A stretch of DNA of 64,000 nucleotides from Burkholderiales bacterium. GTDB lineage: Bacteria > Pseudomonadota > Gammaproteobacteria > Burkholderiales > WYBJ01. Positions within the stretch are counted from its first letter, which is position 1. Every line of letters begins with the position of its first letter. The stretch lies in the NCBI GenBank assembly GCA_020848435.1, contig JADLAC010000037.1:108355-172354 (forward strand), read 5' to 3'. A program made the position numbers and the translations under genes. Below are positions 1 through 9,635 of this stretch, in pieces. The notes under the pieces are model-generated. The model was not told the DNA's origin. It was given only the letters and a program-made list of their open reading frames with translations, and ran no database searches.

Positions 1-1027
1 GCAGCTTGTAGGCCGATGCCACCGGGACGGTGCGATCGACGTCGGCATGGACGATGAGAAACGGCATGGTGATCCTGGATGCCACATCGGCGAGCGAGAA
101 CTTCTCGGCCTTCTTGATCGCTTCGTCCGCGCTCTCGCAGCCCATGATCCAGCGGAAATGGAAGCTCGACTGGGCGGTGTTGCTCGGCTCCTGCTCGTGG
201 CGGCGCTTGATCTCGCGCTGCCAGGCCGCCAGGTCCCAGTGCAGCGCGGCGAACGCGATGCCGCCGCGATAGCGCGGCTCGAAAGCGGCGACGCGCGCGG
301 CGTAATAGCCGCCGAAGCTGTAGCCCATGACGAAGACGCGCTCGGCGTCGACCTCGGGGCGCTGCGCCACGTAGTCGAAGGCCGCGGTTCCGGCGACTTC
401 GTAATCATGGCGCGCGTACAGCTCGCGCAGGCGTAGCGATTCGCCTTGTCCCGGCCCGTCGATGGCCAGCGTGTTCCAGCCGCGGGCCGCGAATTCCAGG
501 CCGTTGAACAGCACGCTCATTTCCTTGCAGTTGTCCATGCCGTCGAAGACGACGACGGTCGGCACCGGGCCGCTGGCATGGGGCGCTTTCAAGAACAACG
601 CGGGCAGCGTGGCGCCTTCGTACGGCACTTCGACCTTCTCCATGTTGGGATAGCGCCGCAGCAGGCCTGCGTGATGCAGCTCCAGCGCCTTGCGCCCGAT
701 CTCGCGCTTCTGCGGCCCGGGCGGCACGAAGCGCTCGCCGGTGAAGTAGTACATGCCGGCACGCAGGTAGTAGTTGCCCGCGGTGTGCTCGCGGCCTTCG
801 GCGGCGGCGCGAGCGGCGACCCGCTCCAGGCGCGCCCCCATGGCACACCATTCGCGCCGCCAAGCGTCCGGGTCGTGCTGCTGATCCATCAAGCGCTGGC
901 AGACTTCGTCGATCTCGCCCAGCGCGACCGATCCGCCGTAGGGCGCCATCGCCTTGGTCATCAGGCAGGCGTTGGACCATAGCAGGTTGCCGGGAAACTG
1001 GTCTAACCAGGTAGAGTGTGTTGCCAT
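1..1027 (-). CDS. alpha/beta-fold hydrolase (dienelactone-hydrolase-like); 3' end runs off the window
   Basis: Absent from the ORF track because no stop lies in the window. My reverse translation from the ATG at 1027 reads MATHSTWLDQFPGNLLWSNACLMTKAMAPYGG... and stays open to position 1. It has a nucleophile elbow GYSFGG and a DGPGQGES motif. It is a paralogue of the 18785..20014 product (shared VEVP, DGPGQG, QRPEVD blocks). Confidence 0.7.
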   Translation of the reverse strand, partial: MATHSTWLDQFPGNLLWSNACLMTKAMAPYGGSVALGEIDEVCQRLMDQQHDPDAWRREWCAMGARLERVAARAAAEGREHTAGNYYLRAGMYYFTGERFVPPGPQKREIGRKALELHHAGLLRRYPNMEKVEVPYEGATLPALFLKAPHASGPVPTVVVFDGMDNCKEMSVLFNGLEFAARGWNTLAIDGPGQGESLRLRELYARHDYEVAGTAAFDYVAQRPEVDAERVFVMGYSFGGYYAARVAAFEPRYRGGIAFAALHWDLAAWQREIKRRHEQEPSNTAQSSFHFRWIMGCESADEAIKKAEKFSLADVASRITMPFLIVHADVDRTVPVASAYKL

Positions 1028-1066
1028 CGAGACATGCTCCAGTGATATCCGACGCCGCGAGATCGA

Positions 1067-3187
1067 TCAGCCAGCTCGCTCCATCGCCGCGAGGATGCGC
1101 TCGCGCGTGAACGGAAGGTCGCGCACGCGTATGCCGAGTGCATTGGCGAGCGCATTGCCGATGGCGGCCACGGCCGGGCCCGCCATGCCTTCACCGACGC
1201 CGAGCGAGGTTTCCTCGGGCCGATCGATCAGGACGGTGTCCACGCGCGGTGCCTCGGCGAAGGTGAGAATGGGGTAGTCTTCCCAGCTTCGGCTCAGGAT
1301 GCGGCTGCGATCGAAGCGGACCTGCTCCTTGAGCGTCCAGCTCGTCGCCTGCACGATGCCTCCCTCGGCCTGGTTGACGAGGCCGTCGGGGTTGACGATG
1401 CGCCCGCAATCGAGCGCGGTCCACACGCGCGGAACGCGCACGCTCTGGCCGACATCGACCTGCGCCACGACCGCCACGTAATTGCCGGAGCCTTTGTAGC
1501 GCGCGTAGCCGATGCCCATGCCGCGTTGGCCGTCGCCTTTGCTGCCGGGTTGCCATCCGGAGCGCTCGACAGAGCGTTCGATCACGGCGCGCGCGCGCGG
1601 ATCGCGCAAGTGCCGCAGCCGCAAGCTCACCGGGTCGATACCGGCGCGTTCGGCCAACTCGTCGAGGAACGATTCGATGGCGAATACGTTGATATAGGCG
1701 CCGAGCGCGCGCAGCGTCGAGATGCGCACCGGCATCGCCTTGAACGTGTGGTTGACGACGCGCTGATTCGGAAAGTCGTAACCGGGGATCGCATTGCGCT
1801 GGCTGGAGCCCCCCGTGCTCAAGGGCAGGTCGATGGCTGGCGGCGGCTCGTAGCCCTTGTCCAGGTGCCATGCGGCGAGCAAGCCCGGGTTGGGATGTCG
1901 GCCCGGCCGGCAGATGTGTCGATTGGTATAGTGGTCCTGGCGCCAGTCGACGATGTTGCCGGCGCCGTCGATCGCGCCCTGCATGCGCACGAGCATCGCC
2001 GGCCCGAAGGGCTCCCAGGCGAATTCGTCTTCGCGCATCCATTGCAGGCGCACCGCTCGGCCGGGTACGGCACGCGCGAGCAGCACCGCGTCGAAGGCGG
2101 CGTCGTCGGCGCCGTTGTGACCGTAGCAGCCCGCACCCTCCAGGTGGCGAACGACGATCGCGCTTGCATCGAGGCCGAGGATCTTGGCGATTTCGTCGCG
2201 CAAGGGATACGGGCCTTGGCTGTGCGACCACAGCTCGAGCTGGTCGCCGTCGTGCCAGCGCGCCACGGCACACGAGGGACCGATCGAGGCGTGGGCGAGA
2301 TAGGGGCGGGTGAATACCGACTCCAGCCTGATGTGCGCTGCGCCCGCCGGACCGCGCTTTTCGCTCAGTACATCGTCGTCGGTCGGTTGGCTGGTCAGAA
2401 ACTCGGCCAGGTTGTCCGCATCCGGGAGATCGGCGGGAACCTGCCAGCGCGCCGCGGCGGCGAGCGCGCGCGCCGCCTTGATCGCCTGCTCCTCGCGCTC
2501 GGCGATCACGCCGAGAAAGCTGCCTTCGCGCACGACCGCGACCACGCCCGGCAGGGCCTGGGCTGGCGCCGCATCGAGCGCGTCGAGCCGCGCGCGGTAG
2601 GTGGGCGGGCGCACCACGCGCGCGTGCAGCATGCCGGGCAAGTCGAGATCGTGCACGTAGGCAGCCCCGAACAGCTTGCCCGGCAGGTCGAGACGAGGGA
2701 GGCTGCTGCCCACGATCTTCAGTGCGGCGGCCGGTTTCGGCGCGATGTCACCGCGCGCGTCGCGGGCGAGATCCACCTCCGGCGCGAGCTGCCAGTAGGT
2801 CAGCGTATCGTCGCGACCGCGCACGCGGATGGTGCCGTCGTCGATGCTCAAGCTCTCCAGGCTTGCACCGAGCCGTCGCGCCGCCGTTTGCAGAAAAAGA
2901 TCGCGCACTTCGGCCGCGGCATGGCGCAATGCCGTGCCGCCTTCCTCGACCGAGCGGCTGCCCGAGGTCGTGCCCTCGTCGGGACTGCGGGTCGTGTCGA
3001 CCGGCACCATGCGTATGCGAGCGACCGCCACGTCGAGCTCGTCCGCAGCCATCTGTGCCATGGCCGAGACGATGCCTTGGCCGATCTCGACCTTGCCCGT
3101 GAGCACGCTCACCGTGCCGTCGGCGCCGATACGTAGCCAGCGATCCAGACGCTTGTTGGTGGCGAGAGCGTAGGGGAGCTTGTCCAT
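1067..3187 (-). CDS. xanthine dehydrogenase family molybdopterin-binding subunit (IorB / aldehyde oxidoreductase beta-like)
   Basis: This is the 3' 706 codons of track ORF 1067..4786. It starts at MDKLPYALATNKRLDRWLRIGADGTVSVLTGKVEIGQGI, which is typical of IorB-type Mo subunits, and ends ...GVGEGMAGPAVAAIGNALANALG. An alternative start at 3235 (MIGVRP...) is possible. The upstream part of the long ORF overlaps the sulfatase gene on the other strand and was rejected. Confidence 0.85.
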   Translation of the reverse strand: MDKLPYALATNKRLDRWLRIGADGTVSVLTGKVEIGQGIVSAMAQMAADELDVAVARIRMVPVDTTRSPDEGTTSGSRSVEEGGTALRHAAAEVRDLFLQTAARRLGASLESLSIDDGTIRVRGRDDTLTYWQLAPEVDLARDARGDIAPKPAAALKIVGSSLPRLDLPGKLFGAAYVHDLDLPGMLHARVVRPPTYRARLDALDAAPAQALPGVVAVVREGSFLGVIAEREEQAIKAARALAAAARWQVPADLPDADNLAEFLTSQPTDDDVLSEKRGPAGAAHIRLESVFTRPYLAHASIGPSCAVARWHDGDQLELWSHSQGPYPLRDEIAKILGLDASAIVVRHLEGAGCYGHNGADDAAFDAVLLARAVPGRAVRLQWMREDEFAWEPFGPAMLVRMQGAIDGAGNIVDWRQDHYTNRHICRPGRHPNPGLLAAWHLDKGYEPPPAIDLPLSTGGSSQRNAIPGYDFPNQRVVNHTFKAMPVRISTLRALGAYINVFAIESFLDELAERAGIDPVSLRLRHLRDPRARAVIERSVERSGWQPGSKGDGQRGMGIGYARYKGSGNYVAVVAQVDVGQSVRVPRVWTALDCGRIVNPDGLVNQAEGGIVQATSWTLKEQVRFDRSRILSRSWEDYPILTFAEAPRVDTVLIDRPEETSLGVGEGMAGPAVAAIGNALANALGIRVRDLPFTRERILAAMERAG

Positions 3188-3367
3188 GGCGCGGGTGTCG
3201 AGCTTCTGCTTCGTCGAAGGCCGGACGCCGATCATATTGGAGAACGATGGCCGTGACCATGCTTGCGGGCAGCGACGCGTGCGGCGAAGAACCGCCCGTT
3301 CGATGCCCGTCCGAACGTGCCCGAGAGCCGTGACGCCGGTTTGAGCAATGCTTCCTGCGATGGCATC

Positions 3368-4888
3368 ATGTGGCGTCGCCAGCGATGCCCCGGAGGGCTC
3401 TTGACCGTTCCCGCCAATCTGCTGTTTCTCGTCTCCGACAACCACAACCGCCAGGTGACCGGGTGCTATGGTCATGCCATCGTGCGCACGCCGAACCTGG
3501 ACCGGCTCGCCGCGCGCGGCGTGCGGTTCGCGAACAGCTACGCCGCGAGCGCGCTGTGCGTCCCCTCGCGCGCGAGCCTCGCTACCGGCCGCTACGTACA
3601 CCAGAACCGCTGCTGGGACAACGCGATTGCGTACGACGGCCGGATCCCGAGCTGGATGCATCGCATGCGCGAAGCAGGCACCGAGATCTCCGCGATCGGC
3701 AAGCTGCACTTCCGCAGCAGTGGGGACGACAACGGTTTCTGCGAGGAAATCGTGCCGATGCATCTCGACCAGGGCAAGGGAGCGATCCGCAACCTGCTGC
3801 GAGGCTACGATGCCGAGCTGCCCTGCACCGACGGCGCCCGCTGGAAGCTGTACGCGGATCGCTCGGGCAGCGGTGAAACCCACTACCAGACGTACGATCG
3901 CGACATCACCGCGCGAACGATAGCCTGGCTGCGGGCGCACGCCGGCGCCGGCAAGCCCTGGGCACTGTACGTCGGCTACGTCAGTCCGCATCCGCCATTC
4001 AGCGTGCCCAAGCGCCTGTACGATCTCTACCCGGAAGAGCGCATGCCGCTGCCCGTGAGCTGCCGGCCCGGCGAGCGTCCGGAGCATCCGGCGCTGCGGC
4101 ACATGCGCGAGCTCGACGGCTGGCTGGACATGACCGACGAGCGGATGCTCAGGCGCGTTGCCGCGGGCTACTTCGGCTTGATCACCCACCTGGACGAGCA
4201 GATCGGCGCAGTATTGCAGGCGCTGGAGGCGCTCGGGCTGCTGGAGACTACGCGCGTGGTGTATACCAGCGACCATGGCGATCTCTTCGGGGCGCAGGGA
4301 ATCTTCGGCAAGAAGAATCTGTACGAGGGCTCCATAGGCGTGCCTCTGATCGCCGCCGGGCCTGGACTGCCTCGCGCACGCAGCTGCGCTCAGCTCGTGT
4401 CGCACGTCGACCTCTATCCGACGCTGCTGGAGAGCGTCGGCGTCGCGCCGTACGAGGCGGACAGCGCGCTTCCCGGCATCTCGCTCTTCCCCGCGATGAC
4501 GGGGTGCGAGGACCTCGAGCGGCCGGTGTTCGCGGAATACCACGCGCAGGGCTCCAAGGCGGGCAGCTTCATGCTGCGCCAGCGCAGCGAGAAGCTGATC
4601 TACCACGTCGGCATGCCCTCGCAGTACTACGATCTCGATGCCGATCCCGACGAGACGCAGGACCTCGGCTCGTGCATCGGCGCTGTGTCCAAGATCGACG
4701 CCTTGGCGGCGCGGCTGCGCCGGGTCTGCAACCCGGAGGCCGTCGACGCGCAGGCGAAAGCCGACCAGCGGCGCATGGCCGAGCACTGGGGCGGCCCGCA
4801 GCAGCTACGCCAGGCGGTGAACATCGTCTTCACGCCGCCCCCCGGGGTCTCGAAGGAGGACGCATGGCGAATCGACGCGTCCGCTTGA
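3368..4888 (+). CDS. sulfatase-family hydrolase (Cys-type, no signal peptide)
   Basis: Carries LLFLVSDNHN and the CVPSRASLATGR (C-x-P-x-R formylglycine) motif, with metal-binding SDHGD further on. The start was placed at the ATG at 3368 (MWRRQ...) inside track ORF 3263..4888. Confidence 0.85.
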   Translation: MWRRQRCPGGLLTVPANLLFLVSDNHNRQVTGCYGHAIVRTPNLDRLAARGVRFANSYAASALCVPSRASLATGRYVHQNRCWDNAIAYDGRIPSWMHRMREAGTEISAIGKLHFRSSGDDNGFCEEIVPMHLDQGKGAIRNLLRGYDAELPCTDGARWKLYADRSGSGETHYQTYDRDITARTIAWLRAHAGAGKPWALYVGYVSPHPPFSVPKRLYDLYPEERMPLPVSCRPGERPEHPALRHMRELDGWLDMTDERMLRRVAAGYFGLITHLDEQIGAVLQALEALGLLETTRVVYTSDHGDLFGAQGIFGKKNLYEGSIGVPLIAAGPGLPRARSCAQLVSHVDLYPTLLESVGVAPYEADSALPGISLFPAMTGCEDLERPVFAEYHAQGSKAGSFMLRQRSEKLIYHVGMPSQYYDLDADPDETQDLGSCIGAVSKIDALAARLRRVCNPEAVDAQAKADQRRMAEHWGGPQQLRQAVNIVFTPPPGVSKEDAWRIDASA

Positions 4889-5853
4889 GGTGCGCCGTCG
4901 CGTTCTCGGCCGCGCTCGCAGCGGGCGGTGCGCCGCTTCCCGTGGCGCACGCAGCCGGCGCTTACCCCTCCAAGCCGATTCGCATCATCGTCAACGCCTC
5001 GCCCGGCGGCGCGCCGGACATTCTCAGCCGCGCGCTCGGCCAGAAGATGACCGAGAGCACCGGGCAGCCGATCGTGATCGACGCGCGCCCCGGCGGCGGC
5101 GGCGTAATCGCCGGCGAGATCGCAGCGCGCGCGCTGCCCGATGGCTATACGGTAGTCATGACGGGCGCTTCGATGTTCGGCGCCTTGCCGGTGACGCGCA
5201 AGCGCTTGCCGTTCGATCCGTTCAAGGACTTCGCACCGATCACGCTGGTGGCCGATGCCGCGAACATCGTCGTCGTGCCCCCGAGCCTGGCGGTGAAGAA
5301 CGTCGCCGGACTGATCGAGCTCGCGCGTACCACCCCGGTGCTGTTCGCCTCCGCCGGGATGCTCACGCCGGCGCATCTGGGCGGCGAGCTGCTGAATGCG
5401 CTGGCCGGTCTGAAGATGACCCATGTCGCTTACAAGGGCGCAGGACCCGCCCTGGTCGACCTGATCTCGGGTCAGGTGCAGGTCTTCATCACTTCGCCGG
5501 TGTCCGCCGCACCGCACCTGCAAAGCGGCCGCCTGCGGGCGCTGGCGACCACCGGGACGACGCGCACCGCCGCGCATGCGGATCTCCCGACCGTCGCGGA
5601 GACCGTTCCCGGCTACGAGATCACGCAGTGGTGGGGTTTGGCCGTGCCGGCGGCCACCCCTGTGGCCATTCGCGCGCGCTTACACGAAGAAACGGCGAAG
5701 GCATTGCGCGCGCCCGAGCTGCGGGCGCGCTTTGCTTCGCAGGGTGCGGCGGCGGGCGGCGGCAGCCCGCAGCAACTGGCGGAATTCATGCAGGCCGAGC
5801 TCGCGCGCACCCGCAAGATCGTGCAGATGGCGGGCATCCCGATCGAGCAGTGA
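4864..5853 (+). CDS. Bug/TctC-family tripartite tricarboxylate transporter substrate-binding protein
   Basis: Signal peptide MANRRVRLRCAVAFSAALAAGGAPLPVAHAAGAYPSKPIRIIV, then the Bug hallmarks PGG..D, PDGYT and HV.YKGAGPA. The start overlaps the sulfatase stop by 25 nt. Confidence 0.9.
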   Translation: MANRRVRLRCAVAFSAALAAGGAPLPVAHAAGAYPSKPIRIIVNASPGGAPDILSRALGQKMTESTGQPIVIDARPGGGGVIAGEIAARALPDGYTVVMTGASMFGALPVTRKRLPFDPFKDFAPITLVADAANIVVVPPSLAVKNVAGLIELARTTPVLFASAGMLTPAHLGGELLNALAGLKMTHVAYKGAGPALVDLISGQVQVFITSPVSAAPHLQSGRLRALATTGTTRTAAHADLPTVAETVPGYEITQWWGLAVPAATPVAIRARLHEETAKALRAPELRARFASQGAAAGGGSPQQLAEFMQAELARTRKIVQMAGIPIEQ

Positions 5854-5941
5854 GCCGGCCCATCGCACCGCAGCTCGGCAGAGCGCAGGACGTAACGGCG
5901 GCTGCAGGTCGGCGAGGCCCGGCGGCTTAATGCAGGCACGA

Positions 5942-7657
5942 TCACCAACCCAGCGCGTAGCACAGCCGGCGCGGATCCGCGCCGGCTTCCAGGGTGCCGC
6001 GCTCGGGGTCGGCGCGGATGGCACAGACCGCACCCGCGCGCCACTCGAGATCCGGCCACCATTGCACGTCATGCCCGAGCCGCGCGAGCGCCTCACCGGT
6101 CGCACGCGGAATGCGCGCTTCCAGGTTGAGCCGCGCCGGATAATAGGCGTGCGGCGCCGATGAAGCCGGGAAGCTGTATGTCGCGAAGCGCGGCGCCTCG
6201 ATCGATGCCTGCACGTCCATGCCGAATACATGGAGGTTCAGAAACACCTGTAGCATCGCCTGCGGCTGGACGTCGTTGCCCGGTGAGCCGAACGGTAGGA
6301 ACGCCTTGCCGCGGCGCAGCGCCAGCGCCGGGCTGCAGGTCAGCCGCGGCCGCTTTCCGGGGGCGACCGCGGCCGGCAGCGCCGGGTCGCACCACGACTG
6401 CGAGCCGCGCGACGAGGGGCACAAGCCCGTGCCCGGAATGATCGGCGTCGCCGACGAGGCATCGCTCGGCGTGGCCGAGAACGCATTGCCGTGCCGGTCG
6501 ATCACGCACACATAGGATGTGTCCGGCTCCTGGCTCGATGCGCCGCGCGCCGCCGCGGGCAGCGCTCCGAAGGATGCTCCGCTGCCGAGGGCGTCGCCCG
6601 GCTCGGGCATGCCCGGCGCGGCCCGCTGCGGATCGATGGCGCCGCGGCGCTTCGCGGCGTAAGCGCCGCAGAGCAGCACATCGAGCGGTACCTGCACGAA
6701 GCGCGGATCACCGTAATAGCGGTGGCGGTCGGCGAAGGCGAGCTTGAGCGCTTCGGTGACGGTATGGATGTACTGCGGCGAGTTGTGGCCCAGAGCGCGC
6801 AGGTCCAGGTCCGAGACGATGTTCAACGCTTGCGGCAGCACCGGGCCCTGGCACCAGGGTCCGCAGGCGTAGAGGTCGATCTCGCCGAAGCGCGTATGCA
6901 CCGGGGGCTCGAAGCGCACGTCATAGCCGGCCATGTCTTCCAGGGTGAGCCAGCCTTCGTGCTCGCGGTGGTAGCGGGCGATGGCCGCCGCGATATCGCC
7001 GCGATAGAACGCGTCGCGCGCCGCGCGCAGCCCCTCGCCCCGGCCGCGTTGCCGCTGCGCTGCCTCTTGATCGGCCATGTACTGCAGCGTTCGCGCGAGG
7101 TCGCGTTGCACGAACAGCTCGCCGACCGCGGGCGGCCTGCCGTTGGGGAGGAAGACCGCGGCGCTCGACGGCCAGCGGCGGTAATCGTCCTGGTGCGCCG
7201 CTATGAACTCGGCCATCAGCCAGTGCATGGGGAAACCGTCGCGCGCGAGCCGGATGGCGGCCTGCGCCACCTCGCCGAAGCTCATCGTGCCGAAGTGCTC
7301 CAGCGCCGTGAGCCACGCGCAGGGAGCGGCCGGAATCACGGTGCGCAGGATTCCCGGCGGCATCTTGCCACCGTGTCTTTCGATGAAGACGTCGATGCTC
7401 GCCGCGCGCGGCCAGGTGCCGAGCCCGTCGATCGTGACGACCTCGCGCCGCTCGGCGCGGTAGATCACCATGGGCGCGACGCCGGCGAAATTCACCAGGT
7501 CGGTGTGCACGACGCCGAGCGCGATGCCCGCGGCCACGCCCGCGTCCACGGCGTTGCCGCCCGCCTCCAGGATCGTGAAGCCGGCGTGCGCGGCCGCGTG
7601 GTGGCCTGCCGAGACGGCGTGGCGCGTCGCGCTCAGGGTCGGGCGGTAGGTGGCCAT
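5942..7657 (-). CDS. ggt: gamma-glutamyltransferase family protein
   Basis: 571 aa. N-terminus ...AVSAGHHAAAHAGFTILEAGGNAVDAGVAAG, and the autoprocessing/nucleophile region EPDTSYVCVIDRHGNAFSATPS. Confidence 0.9.
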   Translation of the reverse strand: MATYRPTLSATRHAVSAGHHAAAHAGFTILEAGGNAVDAGVAAGIALGVVHTDLVNFAGVAPMVIYRAERREVVTIDGLGTWPRAASIDVFIERHGGKMPPGILRTVIPAAPCAWLTALEHFGTMSFGEVAQAAIRLARDGFPMHWLMAEFIAAHQDDYRRWPSSAAVFLPNGRPPAVGELFVQRDLARTLQYMADQEAAQRQRGRGEGLRAARDAFYRGDIAAAIARYHREHEGWLTLEDMAGYDVRFEPPVHTRFGEIDLYACGPWCQGPVLPQALNIVSDLDLRALGHNSPQYIHTVTEALKLAFADRHRYYGDPRFVQVPLDVLLCGAYAAKRRGAIDPQRAAPGMPEPGDALGSGASFGALPAAARGASSQEPDTSYVCVIDRHGNAFSATPSDASSATPIIPGTGLCPSSRGSQSWCDPALPAAVAPGKRPRLTCSPALALRRGKAFLPFGSPGNDVQPQAMLQVFLNLHVFGMDVQASIEAPRFATYSFPASSAPHAYYPARLNLEARIPRATGEALARLGHDVQWWPDLEWRAGAVCAIRADPERGTLEAGADPRRLCYALGW

Positions 7658-7667
7658 GCGGATGTCC

Positions 7668-8633
7668 TCACTCGATCTTGATGCCGTACTGGCGCACGAC
7701 CTTGGCCCAGTGCGCGGCTTCCTCGCGCAGCTTGCTCTGGAAGGCCGCGGGCGTCGTCTGCAACGGTTCGACGCCCATCTTCCGCAGGGTCACACTGGTC
7801 TCGGGTGCGCTCATGAGCTGGTTGATTTCCCGGTTGAGGCGCGCGGTGATGTCGTTCGGCAGGCCTGCCGGTCCGAACGCGCCATACCATACCAGCGCTT
7901 CGTAGCCGGGCAGCGATTCGGCAATCGCCGGTACATCGGGCAGCATCGCCACGCGTTGGGCGCGGGTGACCCCGAGCAGCCGCAAGCGGCCTGTGCTCGC
8001 ATGTGGCAGCGTCTGGGTCGCGGCGGTGATGATCATCTGCGTCTGTCCGGCCACGGTATCGAGCACCGCAGGCGCGCCGCCTTTGTAGGGAACGTGCAAC
8101 AGCTCGATGCCCGCCAGCTTCTCGAACACCGCCACGTTCAGATGGGTCGATGAGCCCGTTCCTGCTGATGCATACGCGATCTGACCCGGTCGTGTTTTCG
8201 CCAGCGCGATGAGCTGCTTGACATCCCGGGCAGGCAGCGAAGGGTGGATCGCCATTGTGGTGACAACGTCCGCGAGCATCGCAATCGGCGTGAAATCGGC
8301 GACGCCGTCGAACGGCAGCTTCGGGTAGAGCGCTTGATTCACCACGTGGGTGTTCATCAATCCGACCAGCAGGGTATAGCCGTCGGGCTTCGCCTTGGCC
8401 ACGAGCTCGGTGCCGATGTTGCCGGCGGCACCGGCACGGTTCTCTACGATCACGCTCTGACCGAGCACGGCCGGGAGCGCGCGCGAGAGCATGCGCGCCA
8501 GGATATCGGTGGTGCCGCCGGGCGCGAACGGCACGACGATCCGAACGGGCTTCTCGGGATACGCGGCATGCAAGGGTGCCGCGATAGCCGCCAGCACGAT
8601 CATCGCGGCCGGCGCGACGCTCGAAGTTTTCAT
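7668..8633 (-). CDS. Bug/TctC-family substrate-binding protein
   Basis: Starts at MKTSSVAPAAMIVLAAIAAPLHAAYPEKPVRIVVPFAPGGTTD, with PDGYTLLVG and HVPYKGGAPA. The in-frame length check gives 966 nt. The longer 490-aa track ORF was rejected. Confidence 0.9.
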   Translation of the reverse strand: MKTSSVAPAAMIVLAAIAAPLHAAYPEKPVRIVVPFAPGGTTDILARMLSRALPAVLGQSVIVENRAGAAGNIGTELVAKAKPDGYTLLVGLMNTHVVNQALYPKLPFDGVADFTPIAMLADVVTTMAIHPSLPARDVKQLIALAKTRPGQIAYASAGTGSSTHLNVAVFEKLAGIELLHVPYKGGAPAVLDTVAGQTQMIITAATQTLPHASTGRLRLLGVTRAQRVAMLPDVPAIAESLPGYEALVWYGAFGPAGLPNDITARLNREINQLMSAPETSVTLRKMGVEPLQTTPAAFQSKLREEAAHWAKVVRQYGIKIE

Positions 8634-8671
8634 GCGATTCCCCAGTGGGCCGAGCCGGCGCAGGAGCATCT

Positions 8672-9433
8672 TTACCGAAAGGCGCGCGGGCGCAAGCCGG
8701 CATGAAACCAGCAAATCATGGAATAGATATCGTAGACGGGCAAGCCGAGCTCCGCCTGGAGTGCGGCCGCATAGGGCGGCATGTTGGTGCATTCGAGCAC
8801 GATGGCGCCGACCTCCGGATGGCGGGCAAGCAATGTCCTGCCCGCCGCCACGATGTCCTCGCGCGCGAGCGCGATATCCATGTCCTGTTTTTCCGCCAGG
8901 ATCAACACGCGGAAGAATTCGCGGCCGTCCTCCGTCCCCACGAGCGGCGTGTCCGGCGGCACACCCGCCGCGTCCAGATGGGCGGGCGTGAGCGTGGCCG
9001 CGCTCACGGTGATCACGCCTACCCGTTTTCCGGGGGGAAGCGTCGCCTGCACCCACGCTACCTGCAGCAGGGAAGACGTCGCGACGGGAACGCCGGCGGC
9101 TGCCGCAAGCTCGCGCTGAAAGAGCGACAGGAAACCGCAATTGGTCGTGATGGCCTCAGCGCCGAGATCGACCAGGTCACGTGCGGCGGCGATGAAGTCC
9201 GGCAGCAGGCCGCGTGCGCCCTTCAGCACGACCCGCTCCGGACTCGCACCGCGCACGACCCGAAACAGCACTGGAAAGGGCCACGTCGTCGCGTTGCCCA
9301 TGTCGCCCGCGATGCGCGGAAAGCGCGCCTCGAGCATCAGGATTCCGAGCGGCGCACCGTAGAGCGCTTTGCCGCCGCGGGCGAGCCCTTCGAGACCGGA
9401 AATAGGCATGCGGCAGTGCTCCTGATCGTCCAT
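8672..9433 (-). CDS. Asp/Glu/hydantoin racemase superfamily protein
   Basis: Two catalytic-Cys blocks typical of the superfamily (AITTNCGFL and IVLECTNMPPY). The start was chosen at MDDQEHC (9433); starts at 9523 or at MPISGL are also possible. Confidence 0.7.
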   Translation of the reverse strand: MDDQEHCRMPISGLEGLARGGKALYGAPLGILMLEARFPRIAGDMGNATTWPFPVLFRVVRGASPERVVLKGARGLLPDFIAAARDLVDLGAEAITTNCGFLSLFQRELAAAAGVPVATSSLLQVAWVQATLPPGKRVGVITVSAATLTPAHLDAAGVPPDTPLVGTEDGREFFRVLILAEKQDMDIALAREDIVAAGRTLLARHPEVGAIVLECTNMPPYAAALQAELGLPVYDIYSMICWFHAGLRPRAFR

Positions 9434-9635
9434 CGTGCGAGGTCCCGCTGCAACTCGAGTTGGCTGCCGCTTTGGCAGATCGGTACGTACGGACAGCATA
9501 TGCCGGCGGGTTATCCGCGGCAAGACGAGCGCGTGCCGTGCCCCATCGGGCGGCGAGGCTGTTCGATTGCTTTACGCGCCGTGGGGCAACGGTTACAGTA
9601 CGCGCCGAGCAGCACCACAGCCAAGGAGGAGACCC

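Noticed and set aside
1067-4786. 1239-aa ORF in the track that looks like one giant gene
   Set aside because: Only the last 706 codons carry Mo-subunit sequence. The upstream 530 codons are Arg/Ala/Gly-rich with no motifs. They lie antisense to a well-supported sulfatase gene, which is typical read-through in high-GC DNA.
9434-9635. Sigma-54-like TGGCAG...GTACG element (and other promoter guesses) in the racemase/TAXI divergent region
   Set aside because: The -12 element does not match TTGC and the spacing is off. No enhancer-binding protein gene is nearby. There is too little evidence to annotate a promoter.
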